Shown piece after piece: positions 18,920 to 28,719 of a DNA stretch of 64,000 nucleotides. The notes below the pieces were generated by a model. The model worked only from the letters and a program-made list of their open reading frames with translations, was not told the origin of the DNA and searched no databases. Location of the stretch: positions 96,001 through 160,000 of the forward strand of contig CBDDBZ010000036.1 in NCBI GenBank assembly GCA_965225945.1. Direction: 5' to 3'. The stretch's first letter is position 1, and the number at the start of each line of letters is the position of its first letter. This DNA comes from Alphaproteobacteria bacterium. Lineage in GTDB: Bacteria; Pseudomonadota; Alphaproteobacteria; GCA-2731375. The position numbers were made by a program, and so were the translations under genes.

Positions 18920-21846
18920 CTAATCCTCGGCCGGAACCGCGAAGCCCCGGGGTGGGCGGCCCGCCGCGTGACGCTCCCACATGGTCTCGTAGGCGCGCTC
19001 CAGGTGGCGGGTCAGGCGGGCGATGTCGAAGAGGGGCCGGGTCGCCCGGTTGGCCAGCAGGCGGCGCCGCACGTCGGCGAGGCGCGCCGGGTCGGTGGCC
19101 AGCGCGAGGGCGGCGGCCTCGAACGTCGCCAAGTCCTCGCACACCAGCTCGGCCATGTCGATCGCGTGCAGCAGGCTCGCGCCGTTGCGCGATTGCGGCG
19201 TGGCGCCGGCGATGGTGAGCACCGGCAGGCCGACCCAGAGCGCGTCGACCGTGGTGACGCCGCCGCCGTGATAGAGGTTGTCGAGCGCCAGGTCGGCGAG
19301 GCGCAGCCGGGCCAGATGCTCACCGTGCGGCCAGTTGGGGGCGAGCACGATTCGGCCCGGCGCGATACCCCGCGCCGTCGCCTCGCGAAGCAGGTTATCG
19401 GTGCTGCGCGCCGTCCCCTGCTTCAGCCAGTAGACGCTGCCGGGAAGGCGCTTCAGCAGGCGCATGACGAGCCCGAACATGCGCGGTTCGTGCTTGTAGT
19501 GCTTGTTGAAGTTGGCGAAGACGAAGCCGTCCTCGGGCAGACCGAGGTCGGCGCGGGAGAGCGGCCGCTCGGAAATCTCGGCCGGCCGGGCCGCCATGAA
19601 GGCATCGGGAAGCTGGATCAAGGCCTCGGTGAAATGTGCCTCGGCGCCGGGCGAGAGCTGCCGGGCGTCGGTGATCAGATAGTCGATGTGCGCGCGCCGA
19701 TAGTCGCCGAATAGCCCAAATAGTGCGCCGCCAGCGGCGCCGGGCGGAGCGCGAAGAGCTCCAGCCGGGTGCCCCGCGTGTGGCCCGCGAGGTCGATCAG
19801 GATATCCACTTCCCGGGCGGCGACGAGTTCGGCCGCGCCCTGGTGCGTCAGGGCCGCGATGTCGTCGAAGGTGTCGAAGCCGCGGCGGAAATACTCGGTC
19901 ATCGAATCCGGCCGGCCGCCGTTCAGCGCGTAGGCGTGCAAGGCGAAGCGGTCGCGGTCGTGATGCTCGACGATGCCCTGGAAGGCGACGGCGACGCTGT
20001 GGGCGCGAAAGTCGGGCGAGACGTAGCCGATCCGGAGCTTTTCGCCCCGCGTCCCCCTGGCGCGTCGCCCCGGCATCGCGGCGCCGACCGCCAGCGCGAC
20101 GTTTTCGCTGATGCGTTCGGCGACTCGGCGCCGCAGCGCCATCGGGATCTCGACCGGCAAGCTTTGCAAAGCGAAGGGCGTGAAGGAGACCTTGCCGACC
20201 GCCTCGAGCTGGTTTTCGGTGATCGTGCGGACTTTTGCCAAGATGGCGTCGAGGTTTTCCCAATCGCATTGCTGCATCTGTGCATGCAGCAGATAGGGGT
20301 AGATGTCGGGGCAGCCCTCGTCCTGGGTCAAGCCCTGGCGCAGGACGACGATCGATTCGTCCCAGCGCTCCAGGCTCTGCAACAGACCGCCCAGGTTGAA
20401 GTAGACCTCGGCCCGCTCGGGTTGGAGTTCCAGGAAGTCGCCATAGGCCGCGACCGCCTCGCCGTAGCGGCCGAGCCTTTGCAGCGAGATCGCCTTGTTG
20501 TTGATGGCGTCGCCGAAATTGGCGTCGATCGCCAGCGCGGCCTCGAAATGAACCAGGGCGGCCTCGTGATCGTTCCGACTCTGGGCCACGACACCGAGCC
20601 CGTTGAAGGCCTCCAGGCATTCGGGCGTCGCGGCGAGTACCGCTTGAAATTCGGCCGTCGCTTCCTCCAGGCGGCCGAGCACGCGCAAGCCATGGGCGAG
20701 GTTGTAGCGGGCGACGAGGAGTTCGGGACGGCATGCCAGCACGCGGCGATAGACCTCGATCGCCTCGTCATGACGACCGAGGCCGCAGAGACAGTTCCCT
20801 CGGGTGACCAACGCTTCGGCGAAGTCCGGCGCCGCCGCCAGCAGCTCCTCGACGAGCGTCAGCGCCTCGGCGTTGCGGCCGAGTTCCTGCAAAGCGCTCG
20901 CCAGACCCTGGCGGATCTCGGGCGAGGCGGGCGCGCGACCAAGTGCGGTCTCGTAGTGCGCGAGTGCCGCCCGACCCTCCCCCGAGCGCTGCAAGGCTTG
21001 CGCCAGAAGGTAGGCATCGGCTGCCTCGCCACCCCCGCGCGCGACCGTTTCGCGCGCGATTTCGAGGGCGTCGCCCGGACGGCCGAGATCGAGATGGAGC
21101 TGCGTCAATTCCCGCCGGGCCGGCAAGCAACCGGGCTCGCGCGCCACGGCCTCCAGCAACAGTTCCTCCTCGACCTCGCGCGCGCCCCGTAAGCGTGCCA
21201 GCCGGGCGCGCTCGACGGCGGCCTCGATCAGGCCGGGACGCATTTCCTCCAACCGCGCGAGCGTCGCCTCGGCTTGGTCGATCTCGCCCGTCAGCCGGTG
21301 GAGGATCACGAGGTTCAGGTGCACGCCCGGATCCTCCGGCAACAGCTCCACCGCGGTCGCGGCGTGGAACATCGCCTCGGAGGATTGACCGAGATCATGC
21401 AGGAGGGCGGCGAGATTGGCGTGCGCCTGGGCGAACAAGGGATCGATGTCGAGGGCTTGGCGATACTGCGCGAGGGCCTCGTCGATGTGTTGGCGGCGAA
21501 CCATCAGCATCGCCAGGTTGGCCCACGCCGTGGCCAGGTCCGCGTCGAGCTCCAAGGCTCGGCGATAGGCCCGCTCGGCCTCCTCGTCGCGGCCCTGGCG
21601 TTGGAAGATGTTGGCCATGTTGGCGTGGATTTGCGCATCGTCCGGCGCCACATCGAGGGCGCGGAGATAGAACTGCTCGGCGCTCGCGAGGTCGTCCCGC
21701 GCGGCGTGCAAGACCGCGAGGTTGAAGAGCGCCTCGAGCCATTCGCCATCTCCGAGCGCGCGGACATAGAGGGCCTCAGCCTCGACCAAGTGGCCGGATC
21801 GATGCGCGGCCAAGCCCTCGCGCAAGGCGTCTCGGGGTTCCATCAT
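18920..21846 (-). CDS. TPR-repeat SPINDLY/OGT-like glycosyltransferase (GT41), apparent frameshift near 19692
   Basis: Many TPRs, LRIGYVSPDFRAHSV, DILIDLAGHT, YLGYSATIG|HIDYLITD, FANFNKHYK, TTVDALWVGLPVL; one added base joins the two ORFs. Confidence 0.88.
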
Positions 21847-21882
21847 GTCCGGCAGTTAAGGCGCGCGGCGTTTATTTTTGAT

Positions 21883-22907
21883 GGCTCAATTCGTGAATTG
21901 TATGCGTCACCTTGTTACGGCGGCGGCGAGGCAGGCTCGGTCATTGGCGCCGGGGGCGAGGCCGACGAGGTGGAACCAGCTCAGGTAGTTGTCCAGATAG
22001 CGGGTGGCGATGCCGCGGCGGGGACGCAGGAAGTCCTTCAACCGGCTGTGGCGGCTGTTCACCGTCTGCACATGCAGATCGCCCCGAACCCGTTCCCCCA
22101 TCGAGCGGTTGAGTGCTTCGTGGCTCACCCCGAGCGCGGCGGCGCACGGTGGGTAGCTCGCGCCGCCGTCGGAGACCAGCAGGGCGTCCTTCGCGACCAC
22201 CGGGTCGAGGGCAGCCGTGAGCGCCGCCGCATCGACCCTGGGCAGCACCGCGCTGACCGTCGTTCCGCTCCGGTCCGCCGCCATGAGAACCGGTACCTGC
22301 TCGCGCGAGAGGCCGCGCTTCTTCGCCTTGCCGCCCCGCCGCCGTGCCTTGCGCCCCAGCCCGCGCGCGCCCTTCCGGCTCTCCAGGACGTAGGTCTCGT
22401 CCGCTTCCACGATCCCCTTGAGCACCTCCGAATCGCTCCGCGCCGCCGCCAGAAACCGGTGACGCCAGCGGAACGCCGTGCTCACCGCCACGTCGCAGCG
22501 CGCCGCCGAGGCCTTCACCGTCTCCCCCTTCGCCAGCGACGCCCCGAACGACAGCCAGCGTTCCTTGTGGTGCAAGCCCGACAGCGGCGTACCGCTCAGC
22601 GCGTTGAAGGTCCTGCCGCAGCCCTTGCACTGGTAGCGCCGCAGACCCCGCGCCATACCGCCCGAAACCGCCCCCTCGCTCGAGCAGTGCGGACAGCGCC
22701 GGGCCTCGTCCACACCAAGCTCGATCGCGGCCTTCGATGCCTCGCCCTCGCTCCGGCCCGACAGCACCGCGAGCGCCTCGCGCCGCTGCGCGCGCGTCAG
22801 CCCGCGCGCCGCCGAAAGCCACACCTGGAAACCCTTACCGTCCATAACCCAACCTCCTGACGTTCCAGGCACTCTATCACTAATGCATACAATTCACGAA
22901 TTGAGCC
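21883..22907 (-). mobile_element. IS1595 family element, copy 2
   Basis: Same TIRs; 8-bp TSD TTTTTGAT. Confidence 0.95.
21907..22845 (-). CDS. IS1595 family transposase
   Basis: Near-identical to copy 1, with a few substitutions (CSSEGAVSGG). Confidence 0.95.
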   Translation of the reverse strand: MDGKGFQVWLSAARGLTRAQRREALAVLSGRSEGEASKAAIELGVDEARRCPHCSSEGAVSGGMARGLRRYQCKGCGRTFNALSGTPLSGLHHKERWLSFGASLAKGETVKASAARCDVAVSTAFRWRHRFLAAARSDSEVLKGIVEADETYVLESRKGARGLGRKARRRGGKAKKRGLSREQVPVLMAADRSGTTVSAVLPRVDAAALTAALDPVVAKDALLVSDGGASYPPCAAALGVSHEALNRSMGERVRGDLHVQTVNSRHSRLKDFLRPRRGIATRYLDNYLSWFHLVGLAPGANDRACLAAAVTR

Positions 22908-22924
22908 TTTTTGATTAAGCACGA

Positions 22925-22962
22925 CGGCGTCTTTTGCCGCCCCCGCTCGGCAAGCCTTGCAC
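22925..22962. promoter_or_regulatory. Two putative FlbD-type (ftr-like) enhancer sites
   Basis: CGGC-N7-GCCG (22925-22939) and CGGCAAGCCTTGCAC (22948-22962), in the ancestral flagellin upstream region. Confidence 0.45.
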
Positions 22963-23019
22963 CATCGCTCGACCGGTGAGGGCCGACGGGCGGCGCCAAC
23001 ATGATGCGTCATTTTGAAA

Positions 23020-24044
23020 GGCTCAATTCGTGAATTGTATGCGTCACCTTGTTACGGCGGCGGCGAGGCAGGCTCGGTCATTGGCGCCGGGGGCGAGGCC
23101 GACGAGGTGGAACCAGCTCAGGTAGTTGTCCAGATAGCGGGTGGCGATGCCGCGGCGGGGACGCAGGAAGTCCTTCAACCGGCTGTGGCGGCTGTTCACC
23201 GTCTGCACATGCAGATCGCCCCGAACCCGTTCCCCCATCGAGCGGTTGAGTGCTTCGTGGCTCACCCCGAGCGCGGCGGCGCACGGTGGGTAGCTCGCGC
23301 CGCCGTCGGAGACCAGCAGGGCGTCCTTCGCGACCACCGGGTCGAGGGCAGCCGTGAGCGCCGCCGCATCGACCCTGGGCAGCACCGCGCTGACCGTCGT
23401 TCCGCTCCGGTCCGCCGCCATGAGAACCGGTACCTGCTCGCGCGAGAGGCCGCGCTTCTTCGCCTTGCCGCCCCGCCGCCGTGCCTTGCGCCCCAGCCCG
23501 CGCGCGCCCTTCCGGCTCTCCAGGACGTAGGTCTCGTCCGCTTCCACGATCCCCTTGAGCACCTCCGAATCGCTCCGCGCCGCCGCCAGAAACCGGTGAC
23601 GCCAGCGGAACGCCGTGCTCACCGCCACGTCGCAGCGCGCCGCCGAGGCCTTCACCGTCTCCCCCTTCGCCAGCGACGCCCCGAACGACAGCCAGCGTTC
23701 CTTGTGGTGCAAGCCCGACAGCGGCGTACCGCTCAGCGCGTTGAAGGTCCTGCCGCAGCCCTTGCACTGGTAGCGCCGCAGACCCCGCGCCATACCGCGC
23801 GAAACCGCCCCTTCGCTCGCGCAGTGCGGACAGCGCCGGGCCTCGTCCACACCAAGCTCGATCGCGGCCTTCGATGCCTCGCCCTCGCTCCGGCCCGACA
23901 GCACCGCGAGCGCCTCGCGCCGCTGCGCGCGCGTCAGCCCGCGCGCCGCCGAAAGCCACACCTGGAAACCCTTGCCGTCCATAACCCAACCTCCTGACGT
24001 TCCAGGCACTCTATCACTAATGCATACAATTCACGAATTGAGCC
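23020..24044 (-). mobile_element. IS1595 family element, copy 3
   Basis: Same TIRs, 1025 bp. Confidence 0.95.
23044..23982 (-). CDS. IS1595 family transposase
   Basis: Same protein as copy 4. Confidence 0.95.
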   Translation of the reverse strand: MDGKGFQVWLSAARGLTRAQRREALAVLSGRSEGEASKAAIELGVDEARRCPHCASEGAVSRGMARGLRRYQCKGCGRTFNALSGTPLSGLHHKERWLSFGASLAKGETVKASAARCDVAVSTAFRWRHRFLAAARSDSEVLKGIVEADETYVLESRKGARGLGRKARRRGGKAKKRGLSREQVPVLMAADRSGTTVSAVLPRVDAAALTAALDPVVAKDALLVSDGGASYPPCAAALGVSHEALNRSMGERVRGDLHVQTVNSRHSRLKDFLRPRRGIATRYLDNYLSWFHLVGLAPGANDRACLAAAVTR

Positions 24045-24144
24045 TTTTTCATAGCTCGGGCGCACCGCCGGCGTTAACGTATAGGCGCAACGGACGCCGC
24101 TCCTCTCCTTCGGGCGATGGCGGGTTGGAAAGACCGACGATAAG

Positions 24145-25212
24145 ATGGCGACCGAGGGAAAATCCGGGCTCAAGACCACGACGATCGGGTCCTATCCCAA
24201 ACCGGATTACGCGACCGTCGCCGGCTGGTTCGAGCTCCGCGACCTGCACCGGCGGAGTCCGACCCGGACATACTCCGCCTTGCTGCGCGACCGGTCGGAC
24301 GACGACGAGGAATTGCTCCACCAAGCGACGCGAGAGGTCGTGCGGGAGCAGGCCGAGATTGGGATCGATATTCCAACCGACGGTGAAGTCCACCGCGAGC
24401 ATTACATCTATTACCATCTGCGCCATATCGAGGGTTTCGACTTCGACAATCTGACGGTCGCGACCATGCGCAACGGGAACTGGAAGGCGGAGGTGCCGAC
24501 CGTCGTCGCGCCGTTGCAGGTCGGCCCACCCTTCCTTCCACGAGATTGGCGTATCGCCCAGTCGTCGACCGATCGCCCGGTCAAGATCACCGTGCCGGGT
24601 CCCTTGACGATTATCGATTCGACGACGAACGCGTTCTACGCGAGCGTGCAAGACCTTGCGTTCGCCCTGGCCGACGTGCTCGCGGTCGAAATCGGCCGTT
24701 TGGGCGACGCCGGCTGTCAGTGGATTCAGCTCGACGAGCCGCTCTTCGCGCGTAACCCCGACAAGGCGCTCGCCTACGGCATGGAAGCGCTCGAGCGTTG
24801 CTTCGCCAAGGCGCCGGCGGGGCTGGGCAAGATCGTACACATTTGTTGCGGCTACCCCTCGGAGCTGGATCTGGCGGCGTATTCGAAGGCCGATCCACGG
24901 GCTTACTTCGACCTCGCCGCGGCTATCGAGCAAAGCAGTGTGGACGCCGTGTCGCTCGAGGACGCGCATCGGCACAACGAACTCGCCCTGCTCGAGCAGT
25001 TTGCCCTGACCTCGATTATCTTGGGCGTCGTCGACATCGCCCGAACGCGTGTGGAGACCGTCGATGAGATCCGCGCACGGCTGATTGCCGCGTTGAACCA
25101 TGTTGATTACGACCGCCTAATTGCCGCACCCGACTGCGGGCTGATCATGCTTGATCGCCAGACGGCCGTCGCGAAGCTGCGAAACCTGGTTGCGGCGGCA
25201 CGGTCCGTGTGA
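24145..25212 (+). CDS. Cobalamin-independent methionine synthase II family protein (single-barrel MetE-like)
   Basis: TTTIGSYPKP, TDGEVHRE, PVKITVPGP, WIQLDEP, HICCG, APDCGL zinc ligands. Confidence 0.9.
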   Translation: MATEGKSGLKTTTIGSYPKPDYATVAGWFELRDLHRRSPTRTYSALLRDRSDDDEELLHQATREVVREQAEIGIDIPTDGEVHREHYIYYHLRHIEGFDFDNLTVATMRNGNWKAEVPTVVAPLQVGPPFLPRDWRIAQSSTDRPVKITVPGPLTIIDSTTNAFYASVQDLAFALADVLAVEIGRLGDAGCQWIQLDEPLFARNPDKALAYGMEALERCFAKAPAGLGKIVHICCGYPSELDLAAYSKADPRAYFDLAAAIEQSSVDAVSLEDAHRHNELALLEQFALTSIILGVVDIARTRVETVDEIRARLIAALNHVDYDRLIAAPDCGLIMLDRQTAVAKLRNLVAAARSV

Positions 25213-25509
25213 GCCCGACGGCAGGTCAACCCTGATGCGACGTTTGGGATCGATCCCGTGAGCGATCGATCAGGAGAGGTTCGAGGCGACGATCGCAGCT
25301 TTCGTCGGCGTTTCTGTCCATCGGCGAATCACCGAGTTCCCTGTCAAAAAGTCCATCAATTCGCTTCACGTGTACTTTTTAACATTCTCGGAACTGCGAA
25401 AATGCGAAAATGCGGCTTGGGACGGCCCGGTGGCCCTCCGAGGCTGGCCGAAGATCCGCAAGATTTCCGCTTCGGGCCCGCGCGCGGTGGCGGAGGGCAC
25501 GGTGTCGGC

Positions 25510-26190
25510 TCAGAGCTTGCGCCACACGGTCGCCAGCCACATCTGCTGGTCCCGCGGCAATCCCGGCGGCCGATAGTAATGGGTCACCTCGAGAAAACCG
25601 GCGTCTCGCACCAGGGCTCGCCAGGTCCTGAGATCGAAAAAGCAACCGTAGCGGTCGCCGCTCCACCCTTCCTCGTTGCGGCCCCTGGGATTCGAGCTGA
25701 ACAACACCCCCCGCGGCTTGAGCGCCGCCCTGAGTTCGCCGAGCACGCGCGGGAGTTCCTGGCTCGGCACATGGAAGAGCGCGGCGTTGGCGAAGATGCC
25801 GTCGAAGCGGCGCTCGGGTAAATCCAAGGCCAGAAATTCCTGGTGGAACACCTCGCACCCGGAATGGGCGCGGGCCATGGTGACAAGTACCGCCGACCCA
25901 TCGAGGCCGACGGCCTCGTGGCCGAGCGAGCGGAAGTGTTCAAGGTCGCGACCGGGGCCGCAGCCAAAATCGAGGATGGCGTAGGGGGAGGAGTCGCTCT
26001 CGATGGCGTTCAACATCGCAGCGTAGTTCTGGCCCACGTCGTGGTCGCGGGTCCCTTTCCAATAGGACTCCGCCAGGCGGTCGTTGTGCCGGATGGTGAT
26101 CTGCGAGATCTGACGGAGTTCGCCGGTGCCCAGTCTTCGGTGGTGGAATTTTATGGCCGGCTCGATAGTCGCCACCCTAGTGGATTTCAT
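25510..26190 (-). CDS. Class I SAM-dependent methyltransferase
   Basis: ILDFGCGPGRDL, FDGIFANAALFHVP, YYRPPG; the start may be further downstream. Confidence 0.85.
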   Translation of the reverse strand: MKSTRVATIEPAIKFHHRRLGTGELRQISQITIRHNDRLAESYWKGTRDHDVGQNYAAMLNAIESDSSPYAILDFGCGPGRDLEHFRSLGHEAVGLDGSAVLVTMARAHSGCEVFHQEFLALDLPERRFDGIFANAALFHVPSQELPRVLGELRAALKPRGVLFSSNPRGRNEEGWSGDRYGCFFDLRTWRALVRDAGFLEVTHYYRPPGLPRDQQMWLATVWRKL

Positions 26191-26209
26191 CCACTAGCAC
26201 TGCGTTTTC

Positions 26210-26404
26210 ATGACGCGATGCCCAGTCCGCTTCCATGGGGTGGCTGCATCCGACCACAGCGACGGCGAGTCTGGCAATCCCCAGGGATGGCCGGAGGGGT
26301 CGAAAAACAGACTGGCGACGGAGTTCCTCGACGCGCTCGCGGAGGACTTCGCCGCTCATGGCCGGGAGGCGCTACGAGCCATGCGGGAAATCTGTGCCTC
26401 CTGA
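26210..26404 (+). pseudogene. Remnant of a DUF5681/phage small-terminase-like gene
   Basis: ESGNPQGWPEGSKNRLATEFLDALAEDFAAHG resembles the GxSGNPxGRPKGSRNKL motif. Confidence 0.5.
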
Positions 26405-26489
26405 AAACCGTGTTGGCCGCAAAACCGTGGCTTTTCGGAACTGGCCTGGATACCGTCCTCGTCATGTATCCTGCCATCGAATCTGTTTG

Positions 26490-26571
26490 CCCCGCTCACG
26501 CGGGCGGGGCCGGTGACGTCGGCCAGGGCGACGGCGGGGTGGAGCGTGAGCACGAGTGCCAGGCGGAGCAT
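26490..26571 (-). pseudogene. N-terminal fragment of a thermonuclease-like secreted protein
   Basis: MLRLALVLTLHPAVALADVTGPARV, after which similarity is lost where IDGDT is expected. Confidence 0.35.
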
Positions 26572-26709
26572 GGTGGAGAGTATAGTAGAGCAGGGCTGGC
26601 GCGCTGCGATCGCGCCGGTCCTGGAATACATGCGGGTCCCGGGACTGCTGAAATCGGCGAGTTCCGGCGCCGCTTTGGCGTGGCGCATACGTGTCCTGGG
26701 TTTTTTTAA

Positions 26710-27734
26710 GGCTCAATTCGTGAATTGTATGCGTCACCTTGTTACGGCGGCGGCGAGGCAGGCTCGGTCATTGGCGCCGGGGGCGAGGCCGACGAGGTGG
26801 AACCAGCTCAGGTAGTTGTCCAGATAGCGGGTGGCGATGCCGCGGCGGGGACGCAGGAAGTCCTTCAACCGGCTGTGGCGGCTGTTCACCGTCTGCACAT
26901 GCAGATCGCCCCGAACCCGTTCCCCCATCGAGCGGTTGAGTGCTTCGTGGCTCACCCCGAGCGCGGCGGCGCACGGTGGGTAGCTCGCGCCGCCGTCGGA
27001 GACCAGCAGGGCGTCCTTCGCGACCACCGGGTCGAGGGCAGCCGTGAGCGCCGCCGCATCGACCCTGGGCAGCACCGCGCTGACCGTCGTTCCGCTCCGG
27101 TCCGCCGCCATGAGAACCGGTACCTGCTCGCGCGAGAGGCCGCGCTTCTTCGCCTTGCCGCCCCGCCGCCGTGCCTTGCGCCCCAGCCCGCGCGCGCCCT
27201 TCCGGCTCTCCAGGACGTAGGTCTCGTCCGCTTCCACGATCCCCTTGAGCACCTCCGAATCGCTCCGCGCCGCCGCCAGAAACCGGTGACGCCAGCGGAA
27301 CGCCGTGCTCACCGCCACGTCGCAGCGCGCCGCCGAGGCCTTCACCGTCTCCCCCTTCGCCAGCGACGCCCCGAACGACAGCCAGCGTTCCTTGTGGTGC
27401 AAGCCCGACAGCGGCGTACCGCTCAGCGCGTTGAAGGTCCTGCCGCAGCCCTTGCACTGGTAGCGCCGCAGACCCCGCGCCATACCGCGCGAAACCGCCC
27501 CTTCGCTCGCGCAGTGCGGACAGCGCCGGGCCTCGTCCACACCAAGCTCGATCGCGGCCTTCGATGCCTCGCCCTCGCTCCGGCCCGACAGCACCGCGAG
27601 CGCCTCGCGCCGCTGCGCGCGCGTCAGCCCGCGCGCCGCCGAAAGCCACACCTGGAAACCCTTGCCGTCCATAACCCAACCTCCTGACGTTCCAGGCACT
27701 CTATCACTAATGCATACAATTCACGAATTGAGCC
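26710..27734 (-). mobile_element. IS1595 family element, copy 4
   Basis: Same TIRs, 1025 bp. Confidence 0.95.
26734..27672 (-). CDS. IS1595 family transposase
   Basis: Same protein as copy 3. Confidence 0.95.
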   Translation of the reverse strand: MDGKGFQVWLSAARGLTRAQRREALAVLSGRSEGEASKAAIELGVDEARRCPHCASEGAVSRGMARGLRRYQCKGCGRTFNALSGTPLSGLHHKERWLSFGASLAKGETVKASAARCDVAVSTAFRWRHRFLAAARSDSEVLKGIVEADETYVLESRKGARGLGRKARRRGGKAKKRGLSREQVPVLMAADRSGTTVSAVLPRVDAAALTAALDPVVAKDALLVSDGGASYPPCAAALGVSHEALNRSMGERVRGDLHVQTVNSRHSRLKDFLRPRRGIATRYLDNYLSWFHLVGLAPGANDRACLAAAVTR

Positions 27735-27795
27735 TTTTGAAATTCCGTCGTAAAGACAAAAGGGTAGACGAAATCGACCGGGACGTCGGTTGGTT

Positions 27796-27810
27796 TGGCA
27801 TGGCCCTTGC
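27796..27810 (+). promoter_or_regulatory. Sigma54 -24/-12 promoter of flagellin
   Basis: TGGCATGGCCCTTGC closely matches TGGCAC-N5-TTGC, about 70 bp upstream of the ATG. Confidence 0.8.
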
Positions 27811-27882
27811 GCAAATAGCCGCAGGCAAGAAGGCCAGCCGAGGTCGAAGTGGCGTCGGCGCGAACGGCAAGGAGAGAAGACA

Positions 27883-28719
27883 ATGCCTCTGTCGGTAAAT
27901 ACCAACCTTGGAGCGATGGTCGCGCTCCAGAACCTGAACATGACCAACAAACAGCTCGAGAGGACCCAGCTCAACATCACCACGGGTCTCAAGATCAACG
28001 GGCCGAAGGACGATGCCTCGACCTATGCCATCGCGCAAAACATGCGCGGCGAGGTCTCCGGCTGGCGCTCGGTGGGCACCTCGCTGGCGACCGGCGAGAG
28101 CATCGTCAACGTCGCCATCGAGGCCGGCAAGTCGATCTCCGACATGCTGATCGAGATGAAGGCCAAGGTGGTGCAGGCAAACCAGGCCGGGCTCGACAGT
28201 GCCTCGCGCAGCGCCATCCACAACGACTTCGCAGCACTTCGCGATCAGATCACGTCGATCGTGCTGACGGCGGAGTTCAACGGCTCCAACTTGATTCAGG
28301 CGAGCTCGGCGAACTTGAGCGTGCTCAGCACCGTCGATGGCAGCACCATTGTCGTCAGCGCGCAGGCCATGGACTCCTCCACCCTCGGCATTGCCTCTCT
28401 CTACCTCGCGACGTCGGCCGGCGCGCTCTCGGCGCTCACGGTGATCGACACCGCGATCACGACGATGAACCAGAAGCTCGCCAACCTCGGCTCGGTCGGC
28501 AAGCGACTCGAGGTGCAGACCGAATTCTCGATCAAGCTGGTCGACATCCTGAAGGCCGGTATCGGCAGCCTGGTGGACGCCGATCTCGCCGCGGAAAGCG
28601 CGCAACTGCAGGCCCTGCAGATCAAGCAGCAGTTGGGCGTGCAGGCCTTGGCCATCGCCAACGCGGCGCCGCAGCTGATTTTAAGTCTTTTTACATGGTA
28701 CACGACGGCATTTACGTAG
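27883..28719 (+). CDS. Flagellin (short alphaproteobacterial type), C-terminus altered by IS4 insertion
   Basis: SVNTNLGAMVALQNL, TGLKINGPKDD, LVDADLAAESAQLQALQIKQQLG...ILSLF. Confidence 0.95.
   Translation: MPLSVNTNLGAMVALQNLNMTNKQLERTQLNITTGLKINGPKDDASTYAIAQNMRGEVSGWRSVGTSLATGESIVNVAIEAGKSISDMLIEMKAKVVQANQAGLDSASRSAIHNDFAALRDQITSIVLTAEFNGSNLIQASSANLSVLSTVDGSTIVVSAQAMDSSTLGIASLYLATSAGALSALTVIDTAITTMNQKLANLGSVGKRLEVQTEFSIKLVDILKAGIGSLVDADLAAESAQLQALQIKQQLGVQALAIANAAPQLILSLFTWYTTAFT

Larger units (their letters stand above)
23020..27734 (-). mobile_element. Composite transposon bounded by two direct IS1595 copies
   Basis: Outer flanks both TTTTGAAA (23012-23019, 27735-27742); inner flanks TTTTTCAT and TTTTTTAA do not match. 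Confidence 0.85.

Noticed and set aside
26210-26700. Prophage
   Set aside because: Only tiny remnants (DUF5681-like and thermonuclease-like) are present, with no structural genes.
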